From: Batkoa obscura
Taxonomy: Eukaryota
Length of the DNA: 46,692 nt
Reading direction: 5' to 3'
NCBI GenBank assembly: GCA_030770535.1
Contig: JASVEC010000121.1
Coordinates: forward strand, 1-46,692
A model generated the notes under the pieces. That model was not told where the DNA came from and searched no databases. It saw only the letters and a list, made by a program, of their open reading frames with translations. Position 1 is the stretch's first letter. Each line of letters begins with the position of its first letter. A program made the position numbers and the translations under genes. Below are positions 11,964 to 22,777 of this stretch, piece by piece.

Positions 11964-12387
11964 TTTTTTGAAAACAGCTATAAAACTGTTTAAAAAATTC
12001 TACAATAACTTAATAATTTTAGCCATTTAACAAGAGTTTATAAAATTATATAAATTAATTTCTTTAATATGCAAAGTGTAATATATATATACCTTTATAG
12101 ATGAAACTAAAAGCATTCAGTTCTTAAATTTTAAAAAATTACAGTTTACTTTATTATTTTACATGTTATTTTCAAATTAAATATTATTTATAATTAGCCA
12201 TAAACATCTTCAAATTGCAAAAAAAAAGATTTAAACATAAACATGGCCTTAGTTTCGGTCTGTAATATACAGTACAGGTATTTGATTTAAGTAAATAACT
12301 ATATAACTATATAACTATATAAATAGATATATTAAAAATAAATTCATGATAGTTTGTCATAATTTATTGAAATTATCTTGATTATAA

Positions 12388-13467
12388 TCAACATAAACCA
12401 CCTAACGTGATACCCCAAATTTCCAAGTGATCAAGTACTGAAGGAGTATACCATTTAGAAGCTGAACAACTAGGATCTTCTAAGTAATCGTCATTGCAAT
12501 AGACATCCTTACTCCCATTTACCCAGATCTCATTATGATGATGATGATAATCAGATATCAATTTGATCTTTGGGGGTAAGTGAGGCACTATATCATTGTT
12601 ATTAACGACTCGAGCGAAAGTAAAAGTTTGCTTATTAAAATAACGTGCAAATTCCTTATCACCCACTCTTGGTTCACCAAAAGTAAAAACTGCAAGCCTA
12701 TCGTCTTTCAAGTTTAGATTTTGTCTTAAGATTAAAGTACTTAATGTAGCTATTGCACCACCTAGACTATGACCAACAATAACCAACTTATAATCATTGT
12801 ACTTGTTTAGCAAGGTTTTTAAATCGTTAATGTACAATGGTAATACCCTCTCACTACATTGTTTAAACCCGCGATGCACTTTGTATTGTTTTTTATCAAA
12901 TATAATTGGATCTTTGAAGAATTTAGCGTCTTGAATGAAATTCCTTAACGTTGAGCTTCCACGAAAGCCTAAAGTGATTGCTTTTTTGATTTTATCAATT
13001 GCTAAATAAGCTTTAGTTTGGGTTAATGTGTCAAGGTAAGTTCCTACATGCTGAACCGGAATTTCCTTACAATGGGAACATGACCAGGCCTTTAGATTCG
13101 CGTCTTTACAATAAGCAGCTCCAGCCAATCTAGCATAATATTTGCTGGTTTGAACATCACTTACTTTCAGTTGAGATGGCATCTCAAACGCACGTGAATC
13201 AGGCATTTCTTGTGGCTCAAGTCTTACGTTTTTCTTTAAATAGTTTAAATTTTCCATCAAATTTTTAAAGTACTCATCTTCATTTGGATTCACCTCAGAA
13301 CTATTAGCGTTTAGGGTAAGTTTATTTTGATTTGATGATAATACGTTACCATTAGCAATAATAACGGTACCATTCCTAGGACCATCCCCAACCGCTTGGT
13401 ATTGGGCGATTAAAGATAAACCATATAAAAAAGTAGTAAAAACCGAACTGCTGTAGCTTAGGAGCAT
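12388..13467 (-). CDS. Secreted class-3 lipase precursor (359 aa, intronless)
   Basis: Signal-like N-terminus and propeptide, then FRGSST, GHSLGG, DIVPHLP and LDHL. Confidence 0.95.
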   Translation of the reverse strand: MLLSYSSSVFTTFLYGLSLIAQYQAVGDGPRNGTVIIANGNVLSSNQNKLTLNANSSEVNPNEDEYFKNLMENLNYLKKNVRLEPQEMPDSRAFEMPSQLKVSDVQTSKYYARLAGAAYCKDANLKAWSCSHCKEIPVQHVGTYLDTLTQTKAYLAIDKIKKAITLGFRGSSTLRNFIQDAKFFKDPIIFDKKQYKVHRGFKQCSERVLPLYINDLKTLLNKYNDYKLVIVGHSLGGAIATLSTLILRQNLNLKDDRLAVFTFGEPRVGDKEFARYFNKQTFTFARVVNNNDIVPHLPPKIKLISDYHHHHNEIWVNGSKDVYCNDDYLEDPSCSASKWYTPSVLDHLEIWGITLGGLC

Positions 13468-14479
13468 GTTTACTATATTTTAAACTATTAGATTTTAACA
13501 CCGAAGGTTAATAAATTCAATATACATTTTATAAGCCTTTTATACTCTCATAATGAACATATATTTGATATAGTTATACCACAGCTTTATGTTTATGTGA
13601 TGTGATTACCTGATAGAATCAGGATTAAAGAATAAGTGGGATTGCTGATTATAGACATATCCAATAGAAATACATATCTCGTAATAACTTTAACTTTCAT
13701 TACAATGTATTCCAACCCCCTATCACATTTAAATGGTCTAGCTTAATAAAATTAATTAAATAGCTACAATGACTTGAAAATAGAATAAAATATCCTACTT
13801 ATGAGAAAAAAATTAGAATCCTTTATTTTCATTAAAGAATGCTCGGTAGTATCTTGTTTTTATACTTTAAGTTAAATTAGTGATGTGAAATTCGTCAACT
13901 ACCCGAGTTTTTACTATAAAAAATGATTTCGTTTATTTGTTTTTCATATTTCTTCTTTAACATTATTTCTCTCCCTTGTTCCAATTTTTTATAATTCAAC
14001 TTGCTACCTTTAGTAACTACAGGATGGGGACGTTTAATAAGGAGGACTTAAATATCATAATACAATGAGAAAAGAAAATTAAAAATATTGATAATAGAAT
14101 TGATATAAAATAATTAAATTTTAAACAAATTTATTGAAAATATGATGAGATACATAAGTTACCATTGCTAAAATAAAGAGAACAATAAATTGACTTATAA
14201 ACTTTTAAAACAATTATATTAGCATATCAGTGTGATAGAGGGCTTTTTTGTTTATTTTTAGCATAAGTAAAATTTATTGAGTATAGTTTTCGACTTGAAT
14301 TGGCATAGCCTTAAATAAAAAAATGTATTTTAATGTTATGAAGTTCTTAATAAACATCTCATTTCTTTCATTTGTTTTTTTTAAAGCAGTTTCATAATCT
14401 CATATCATTTTTTAAAATTACAAGTTTTAACAAAAATAAAACCAGGCTTTGAAATTAATTTCTGTTTAAAATAGACGAC

Positions 14480-14576
14480 AGCGATGTATTTTTTTGTTCA
14501 AGACTTTTACTGGTAATCTTTCCACTCAAATAGTGCTTGAAAAATGGAAAAAATAATGAAATCAAAAAAACATTCC
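14480..14576 (+). mobile_element. ~98-bp MITE copy (ends degenerate)
   Basis: GATGTATTTTTTTGTTCAAG...CCACTCAAATAGTGCTTGAAAAATGGAAAAAATAATGAAATC; closely resembles the copy at 792-888. Confidence 0.8.
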
Positions 14577-14989
14577 AGATCTTTATAATTTTATTGTTAT
14601 TTTTATTTTTATTTTATATTATAATTTACTATATCATATTACTGGATTTATTGGTTTTTTTAAATTTCATATTATAATACCTATAAATAAAAATAAAAAT
14701 TATAAATTAAAAACAGTGTATATTATAGTAACTTAGCTAATATTAATTTGAACAAAAAGTTAAATAGTAATTTGTAAAGTTGTAATAACAATTTTATTAA
14801 AAAAAATTACAAAGTTATAAAGTTGATGCATTGTTTTATAAACTGTTAATATTCTTTAATTTAAAATAATTGTATTTGCTTTTGAACTGAATTAATTACT
14901 AATATCTTATTTAAATAGATATAGTTATTGCAGTATTATAAAGCAAATTTACTATAAGTATAAAGGTTATTATTTTTAAAATTATTATG

Positions 14990-15720
14990 TTTAATTAAAA
15001 ATACTTTAAAAATAACGCTACTTATACAAATCAGTTTAGATAAAAAAGTTAAAGTTAATCTAAACTTTTAATAGTTTTAAATAATTTAATACATTTAAAT
15101 AAACTATAAAATTTAATTTTACTATATACTTTAGTTATCTAAATATTATTGCATTTTGTTTTTATATAAACTTATATTATTTAACTTTTTTAACTCTTTT
15201 ATCATTATTTTATATAGTTTGTTGATAGATTTTATATGATGGTGTTTTTTTGACCTTATCACTTTTTCCATCTTAAGCGCTACTTGGGTTGAAAAATTCT
15301 TAGCAAAATTCTTAAACGAAAAAATACATCCGCATATAATAGCTATTTTTAGTTAAAAATATAATAAAAATATAATATACATTTCTAGATTTTTATTGTA
15401 AACTGTTTTTTTATTTCTATAAAATATTATTTCAATAAGGATTTATTTGTTTTTATCTATGTTTTATTATTGTCATTGCCAATATAGCTTCGTACTTTAT
15501 CAAATAATTTTATTATATATTCTATATATTTTTTTACCAAATTATTATGAACTTTTTTTGAACTTTTGGCTTCTCATAATTAATATAGAATAACTAAGTT
15601 TTAAGCACTAAATTTTATAAATACATTAATATTATAACATTAAAAGCTGTACTACAAATATCAATTTGTTAATATTTTTTTATTATGATATATTTTTATA
15701 AATTTAAAGCTTAAAAAATA
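14990..15720 (-). repeat. Old AT-rich repeat, inverted homolog of ~10007-10930
   Basis: See the partner feature. Interrupted by the MITE at 15238-15333; boundaries approximate. Confidence 0.65.
15238..15333 (-). mobile_element. ~98-bp MITE copy
   Basis: GATGGTGTTTTTT...AAAAATACATCCGC, TSD ATAT/ATAT. Confidence 0.85.
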
Positions 15721-15760
15721 TTAGAATAGTTATAGTAAAAACTTAATCTATAATATATAT

Positions 15761-15859
15761 GGGGATGTATTTTTGTATTTAAGAATTTTACTAACAATTT
15801 TTCCGCTTAAATAGTGCTTAAAAAATCGAAAAAATAATGAAGTCAAAAAAAACACTCCC
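15761..15859 (+). mobile_element. ~98-bp MITE copy
   Basis: GGGGATGTATTTTTG...AAAAAAACACTCCC, TSD ATAT/ATAT. Confidence 0.9.
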
Positions 15860-16402
15860 ATATGATTTAAGATAAAATATTATTAAGCTATTTAAAAACT
15901 TAAAGCTTTGGTTGTTTTATTGCAGCCTAAAACTTTTGTATAATTAATCTTTATAAAAAGCATGCTGTATTAAGTTTTAACCTATACTAATTAAGTGGAA
16001 TAAAAATAATAAAGTATTATTTAATTAGAAAATTATAATCTATTATCAAAAATCCTCATAAAAAGGTCAAAGTTATTAAAAAACTTAAAAAGTAATATAA
16101 CAAAACATATCATCTTTATAACAAAATATCATAATAATAATAATAATAATGATAAAAGCCATGATTTGAAACTAATTTTAAACTAGCATCTTTGGTTTAA
16201 TTGTAATAATTAATAAATTTGTTTATTATAACTAATAAAAGCTTTATTTTCCAAAAAAATAATACTAGCTGCTATATTAGTGCTTATGTTAAATAATAGA
16301 AAAATGTCTACCAAACTTATGATTTTGAGTATTATCTAGCATAAAATTCTGATTTAAACCTTGTTAAGCATATGTAGCTGACTATTAAACATCGTTTTGA
16401 GG

Positions 16403-16866
16403 TATGAAATCTGGTACTCAGGGTTTAGAGTCAAGAGCAGCTATTGCTGGGTTGACTACACCATAAGTCGAAAGGTCTTAGTTTATGTGACTAAGGTAGA
16501 CTTGAATTATGAGGAATAGCACGTAATAGGTTACAAGCTATATAAGACAGATAGAATAGACAATACTAATGTAAAATCTACGTAAAATACTATTAAGGAA
16601 ACTTAGTGGCTTTATTAAATGTTCGAGATATCAGGGAATAATTCAGTTAAAAAGCGTGGAGTTACTATGTTCTAAAATCTCTTCTATACTACAATGAGTA
16701 TAGATATCAAAGCAAGAGGATAATATTCTTTGAGACGAAGATAGAAATTCTTATAGTAAATCAAAATAAGAACATGGGATTAATTGTCCCTAAACTCGAG
16801 AATGTAGCAGCTTAGGCGATTATTATGCTGTGATTAACCATGGGACTGACAAAGCGATATTTCACA
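16403..16866 (-). mobile_element. 464-bp solo-LTR-like (or short-TIR) insertion
   Basis: Ends TATGAAAT...ATTTCACA form a short inverted repeat, with a GAGG/GAGG flanking duplication. Full-length inverted homolog at 25476-25938. GC is higher than the flanks; no ORF. Confidence 0.7.
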
Positions 16867-17418
16867 GAGGATGAGAAAGTGCATAGAATTGATGCTAAAA
16901 CATTTAAAGTTATTTTAAGGCAGGAACAAAAACTAATAAGCTATAGACTTATTAAAAAAGTAATATTAAGTATAACAAAAAAATAGTAAACAGTAATTAA
17001 TGCTAAAAAAAGGTCTACTAAATATTAAAATAAATAAACTGTTATATCAGTTAAAAATATAAGTAAGAAAATATATATATTTATATTTAATATTTTAAAA
17101 TATAAATTTTAAATTTTAAATATAATAATTTTAATATATTAATAAAAATTCTTATTTAAATCATTATTTTAAAGTAAACTGATTACAAAATTAAGTGAAA
17201 CTGAAGGTAGTTTACCCTCAATTCTATAAACTTAAAGTTACTTATTTTTATTCAATTTGTTTTTTAACACTTCAATATGCTAGTTGTAAAAATTTCAAAC
17301 TTATAAAACAACAAAAAATTCAAACATGTGCTTAGTATCAAAGATACTGTATAAATCTATTTAACCAAACCAATGTGAATAGACATATAATCTAAAACGA
17401 TTAAAAAAGATTTTACAG

Positions 17419-18478
17419 TTAAAAAACACCAGCTAATTTGGTACTTCAAATGCTCAAATGACCAGATATCAGAGGGATATAATATTTAGAAGCTGAATGA
17501 TTAGGATCGTCTAAATACTTACCATTGCAATAGGTATCTTTTTTATCATTTACCTAGATCTCATTATGGTGGTGGCAGTAATTAGATAAAAAATTGATCT
17601 GTGGAGGCAAATGAGGCACTGTATCGCTATTATTAACAGCTTTTGTTGAGCCGAAGCTCTGTTAATTTAAATGGCGTACAAATTCACTATCACCTACTAT
17701 TGGTTCACAATAAGTAAAAGCTGCAAATCCATTGCCCTTTGAGTCTAGATTTTGTCTTAAAACCAAAGTACTTAATATAGCTATTACACCACCTAAGCTA
17801 TGACCAACAGCTAGCTTATGGTCTTCTTTTACTTAATAATGCTTTTAACCCACCAATATACAATGATAATAGTCTATCTGTATCTGTATCTGTATCTGTA
17901 TATTGGTTAAACTCATGGTACATTATATATGCTTGCCTATCGAGTATAATCCGATCCTTGAAAAATTTACCATTTTGAATAAAATTTTTAATCTTGAACT
18001 TTCACAGAAGCGTAATACTACCACTTTCTTTTCTTTATCAATCAATAAACAAGCCTTGGGCTCTGTTGATTTATCAAAGTAAGTAGCCGCATGTTGAACT
18101 AAGATTTCTTTACAATGGGAGCATGACCAGCTCTTTAAGGTTTTAGCATTACAACAAGCTGCATCTAATAATCGAACGTAATATTTACTGATCTAAATAT
18201 CACTTACTTTCAGTTGGATTGGCGTCTCAAACATACGTGGAATGGGTTCCTCATGTGGTTCCAGTTTCACATTTTCCTTTCAAGTTTTCAATTAAGTTTT
18301 TAAAGTAAGCTTCTTCAGCCAAATTCCTATTAGTATAGTCACTTAGCTTGGACATGTTACTGTTTACTGATAGCTCGTTACCATTATAATAGCTGCTTTC
18401 AACCACTTAGCACTAGTAGGTTAAAGATAAGCCATATAACAAAGCAATAAAGGCTAGACTATCAGGCTTTAAGAGCAT
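17419..18478 (-). pseudogene. Class-3 lipase pseudogene
   Basis: ATGCTCTTA start; remnants of WSCSHCKE, GHSLGG and DTVPHLPPQ with stops and frameshifts. Contains a (TATCTG)4 expansion at 17875-17898. Confidence 0.9.
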
Positions 18479-19882
18479 ATTTTTTATATTTTGTATTGTT
18501 AATTTTGATACTGAAGGTTAATAAATATGATACTATACTCTATCAGGCTTTTATACTTTTTGATAAGTATTTGTTTATTATAAACACATTGTACTTTTAT
18601 ACTTGAATGGTCAGATACTATACAAAATAGAACTAAAGGGCACCTTAAATCATTTGTTACAGAAATATCCAACTGAGTTATATCTTTCTCTATAATACAA
18701 TTAAAGGTTCTTTATTTTGATTGAATTATCTTCTGCAGCTTTGTTTTTTGTCAATACATTCCATCTCCCTATCTTTATTACTGTTACTTAATCATATTAA
18801 TTAAAAACTAAACTGATTATAAAGCGGAATAGATGTTCTTATGATTGAAAAAAAAATTAGAATTTTTCATCTTTTATTAAGAATACTCAGTACCCTTAAA
18901 TTTGTTTATATTTTAAATTTAATTGATGATATGTAATTTAATTGTAACCCTATTTTTTATTGGGAAGAAGCGATTTTATTTGTTTCTATTTTTATTCTTT
19001 ATAAGTGAATACTACACATTATCAGATTTCATTATGCCTTGACCTCCATTTTAAACTCAATTATAATTATGTTTTTTATTAAGAAGGAATGGTTTCATTT
19101 ATTTATCTTGATCTTTGTTTTTTATTAAACAATACTCGGTACTATTAACTTAACTGTACTTCAGTTCTATTGTGCAAGTTTTTGCTATGAAGAAATAGTT
19201 TTTTCATTATTGGCTTTGTCTTTATTAAAGAATAGTTGTCACTTTAAATTTTATTTTACTTTTAATTTAATAATAATGCACAATTAGCTACTATCCGACT
19301 TATTATTAAGAATAAATGGTTTTTATTTATATTCATGTTTTTTGTCCATGTTTATTCTTTACTTTTATTTTTTAATTTATTTTTAATATTTAAATGTCCT
19401 ACTTAGAAACTATTCATACAACAGTTAACAATGTAATAACTATTAATGTTAGGAAATTATATGTGTAAATTTTATGCTAAAATAGTATCATATTTATTAT
19501 ATGACGTATTTGAAGCTTTCAATAATATAACAAATTTAATAAAATAAGAGCGGATGTTTTTTAAATATTTCTTCCATTTTTCAACCTGTTTTAAAAAAAC
19601 CTTAAATTTTCAAACAAAAAACACAAAAGTTTTACTACTTGAAGAGAAACAATATTACTATTTTTAATCCTTTGTTTTATGAAAAAGTAGATAAAACATT
19701 GAAATATTTAATAAATTCTATGTGAATAATAAGAATAAAGTTTAAGTTTTACAATCTTTAATACATCTCATTTTAGTTATGTTTGATAAAATCATTGATT
19801 GTATTTATAATCAAGATAATAATCCTACTATTTAATTTTTGCAATAATCCCTTTATTATCATTATGTACAAATAATATATAT

Positions 19883-19981
19883 GGGGATGTTTTTTTGATT
19901 TCACCACTTTTTCTATTTTTTAAGTACTATTTAAGTGGAGAGACTGTTAGTAAAATTCTTAAATAAAAAAAACACATCACC
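19883..19981 (-). mobile_element. ~98-bp MITE copy abutting autonomous copy 1
   Basis: GGGGATGTTTTTTTT...AAAAACACATCACC, TSD ATAT/ATAT. The right ATAT is also the target of the autonomous element. Confidence 0.88.
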
Positions 19982-20295
19982 ATATGGGGCTGTCCTAATT
20001 GGTTTCAGAATCTACTTAGAAATTAGTCCAAATTTAAAATTTCAAGTTTGTGTCCAATATAACGGTTAAATCTAAAAAGCCTAAAATTAAATGTCTCTAT
20101 TTAAAACTTATTTTAGTTGTTTCCTTTTCTTAAATAGCTAATTTTCCTAACTATGTATTTTATGTTAGTTCTGTTAGATATTTAACAGATATATAATATA
20201 TAACTATATGATTATATAATTATATAAATACATAATTATATAAACACAGTTATTTGACTTTATTTGACTTTATTTTTTGTTGAAATAAAAATAAA

Positions 20296-21999
20296 ATGCA
20301 AACTTTCATAACTAAACTTCGAAATGGAATTTTTGAAAACTTCAATACAATAGGGAGGAGTACACAATATAAACATTGTAATTCATTTACATCAATCTTA
20401 AGAGCTACTTATAACAACCCAAGGTTTATGGAATTTTATAATAAAACAAAACAAAGAAAAGATATATTATCAAAGTTTACTATCGATAATAATAAACTTA
20501 ATCAAGTAATGTATAAAATTAGTGCTTTAAGGGAAACAGGAAACAAAAACCAGCAAGTAGCGTTATTATCAACTATAGCTTCAGTATATTCTTTTGATGA
20601 ATGTAAGAGTTTTGGGTTTAATATAAATAGAAATCAATATGATTATTCAAAAACAAGTAATAATAATAAAATATCAACATTAAAACCTATTATTAAAAAT
20701 ACAAAAAAAATTAAAGATGACCAAATTGAAACTATCATACAATATTTACTAAATGATTCAACTATTTCATCAAGATTTAATAAAAAAAATAACGATAGTA
20801 AATATTCATCAGATAATATATATATATTAAATAAAAGTAGAAGAATGATATATAGTAAATATTTGAATGATCTAAGAGATAAAGCAGTAGCTAGGTCAAC
20901 GTTCTTTAAATATATACCAAGTAATTTCAAAAATCCAGCAAGAAAAACGGATCTATGTAATATATGTACCCAGTATACAGTTAGAAAAAAGTTATTTGAA
21001 AATAAAATAAATACAGCAAAAAACAAAGCAGAGATACAAGAAATTTTCAACGAAGAAGAAAAATTATACAAATTACATAAATTCTGTGTTGATACTCAAA
21101 AAAACACATTTAATGAAACTATCAAAAAATTAAATAACAAAAGTTGTATAATAGTTTTAGATTTTAAACAAAATATGGAAATAGGAACAAGACCAGATTC
21201 AATAAATCTAGATCATTATAATAAACAAGCTATATCAGTATTAGGTTTTGGTGTATTATATTTAAAAGATGATAAAACGATAGGCAAAGTTTACTTTGAT
21301 TATTTATCTGAAATATTGAATCATGATTCAGCATATGCAGGAGATTGTTTAATCGATTTAATCTCTACAGAGCTTCTATTTAAAAAGTTTACAAAAATTA
21401 ATATATGGGCAGATACAGGAAATCATTTTAGATCCCAAGAGTTTCTACACTATATGTTTAAAGAAATTCATAAAATAAATAGTAGTTTGAATGTCAATCT
21501 TAATTTTTTTGCTGAGCATCATGGAAAAAGTATAGTTGATGGACATTTTGGAAACCTTTCAAAATGGAAAAGTAGTTTTGAAGCGTTAGGTAAAATAGAA
21601 GATATCGATCAATTAATTTCAAGATTTGAGGCTTTTATTTGTGAGCATAATAAAATTAATAACTCGACTGTTAATAATGGGAAAACAGATATAATTTTTA
21701 AAAAGTATAAAAGAAACAAAAATACAAAAAGAATAATAGAGATGCAGGGCATTAAGAAGTATTTACATTTTATTAAACATAACAATAAACTACATTGTTA
21801 TCCAGTATCTGATACATCAAAAAAAAGCGATATAGTCCCAATTAAAGTTATAGAGTCTATAGAAAACAGAAAAATTAAAAGATCGATCCCAGCTTACCTT
21901 ACGAAGATAACAGAGAATTTAAAAATTTCGATATTTACTAAGCAAGTAAGTAGTTTGTTAAATGATAGAAATAGATTGTTAAATGTTAGGATTACTTAA
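20296..21999 (+). CDS. Sola-like DDD transposase (567 aa)
   Basis: Putative Zn motif TDLCNIC...H. Putative triad: IVLDFKQN (D289), WADTGNHFRS (D373), FFAEHHGKSIVDGHFG (D415). Lies inside a TIR/TSD-bounded repeat. Superfamily assigned from motif recognition only. Confidence 0.85.
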   Translation: MQTFITKLRNGIFENFNTIGRSTQYKHCNSFTSILRATYNNPRFMEFYNKTKQRKDILSKFTIDNNKLNQVMYKISALRETGNKNQQVALLSTIASVYSFDECKSFGFNINRNQYDYSKTSNNNKISTLKPIIKNTKKIKDDQIETIIQYLLNDSTISSRFNKKNNDSKYSSDNIYILNKSRRMIYSKYLNDLRDKAVARSTFFKYIPSNFKNPARKTDLCNICTQYTVRKKLFENKINTAKNKAEIQEIFNEEEKLYKLHKFCVDTQKNTFNETIKKLNNKSCIIVLDFKQNMEIGTRPDSINLDHYNKQAISVLGFGVLYLKDDKTIGKVYFDYLSEILNHDSAYAGDCLIDLISTELLFKKFTKINIWADTGNHFRSQEFLHYMFKEIHKINSSLNVNLNFFAEHHGKSIVDGHFGNLSKWKSSFEALGKIEDIDQLISRFEAFICEHNKINNSTVNNGKTDIIFKKYKRNKNTKRIIEMQGIKKYLHFIKHNNKLHCYPVSDTSKKSDIVPIKVIESIENRKIKRSIPAYLTKITENLKISIFTKQVSSLLNDRNRLLNVRIT

Positions 22000-22000
22000 G

Positions 22001-22265
22001 TTATTAATAGCTAAGTTAATAAATAGTCAAAGAACAAGTAACTGTAATAATATGTAAAAACTATTATTACTTGTACTATATAGGGATGGTTAATTATAGT
22101 TTTGGGGCTGACCACTCCCTCCCATGCAGCTATTTATTAACTTGGCAATATATTAATAATGTAATTATAACATTAAAGTAGTTTATTTATTTGATAATAA
22201 ATCTACGATGTTGGCTATAAAGCAGTTGATAATAAATATTTCTCAATTAAGCTTTATAAGAACAT
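22001..22265 (+). ncRNA. Candidate structured RNA element immediately 3' of the transposase ORF (also present in copies 2 and 3)
   Basis: An 18-bp stem (22010-22027 with 22129-22146) encloses two hairpins (22044-22070, 22082-22120). Further hairpins at 22178-22206 and 22208-22265. Compensatory changes are seen in the diverged copy at ~11180-11460. Transcription is not shown. Confidence 0.45.
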
Positions 22266-22777
22266 GTATTTAAGATCTAGTAGAAATTCAACTAACTTAC
22301 AGTATGAGCTATAATAGAATGATTTAGAACTGTGTTTGGGTACTTTTGTTTTAATAAAAGATGTGATTTTATAGAATTTTAAGCGAAGTTTTTAAAATAC
22401 AAAATTTTTCAAAAATTGGATAAAATAATGAAACTAATTCAGACAACCCCATATAGTATATCAATTTTATACTTTATTAGCATTTCTGTCCAATTAAAAA
22501 AATAACATGCATAGTTTAAACTTGAATTTTAATTTAGTTTTGTAAAACAGCACCAATTTATATTAGATAGCTCATACAAATACTAAAAGAAAGCATTTAA
22601 GTTATTCTAATTAATGTCGTATATTTATTTTCCATATGAAATGTTACTTTGATTTAATAGCTCTAGAAGCTAACATTCTCTATTTAGTCAATTATCATAA
22701 ATAATAATGATTTTAAAAAACCTAAGAATTACAACATACACAAAGTTTTTCCCTAGCTTTATACAGCAGTATTATTT

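Larger units (their letters stand above)
19986..22450 (+). mobile_element. Autonomous Sola-like DNA transposon, copy 1 (2465 bp)
   Basis: Imperfect TIRs GGGGCTGTCCTAATTGGTTTCA / TGAAACTAATTCAGACAACCCC. TSD ATAT at 19982-19985 and 22451-22454. One transposase ORF; two further near-identical copies in the window. Confidence 0.93.

Noticed and set aside
16445..16505. Hammerhead-ribozyme-like GACT..AGTC-GAAA-stem arrangement
   Set aside because: There is no CUGANGA core (CTGGGTT / CTTGATT), no proper NUH site, and stem II is not kept in the second copy.
16400..16870. Cryptic ORF using TAA/TAG as sense codons
   Set aside because: Stop density is about what AT-rich random DNA gives, the translation is unrecognisable, and host genes end in TAA/TAG.
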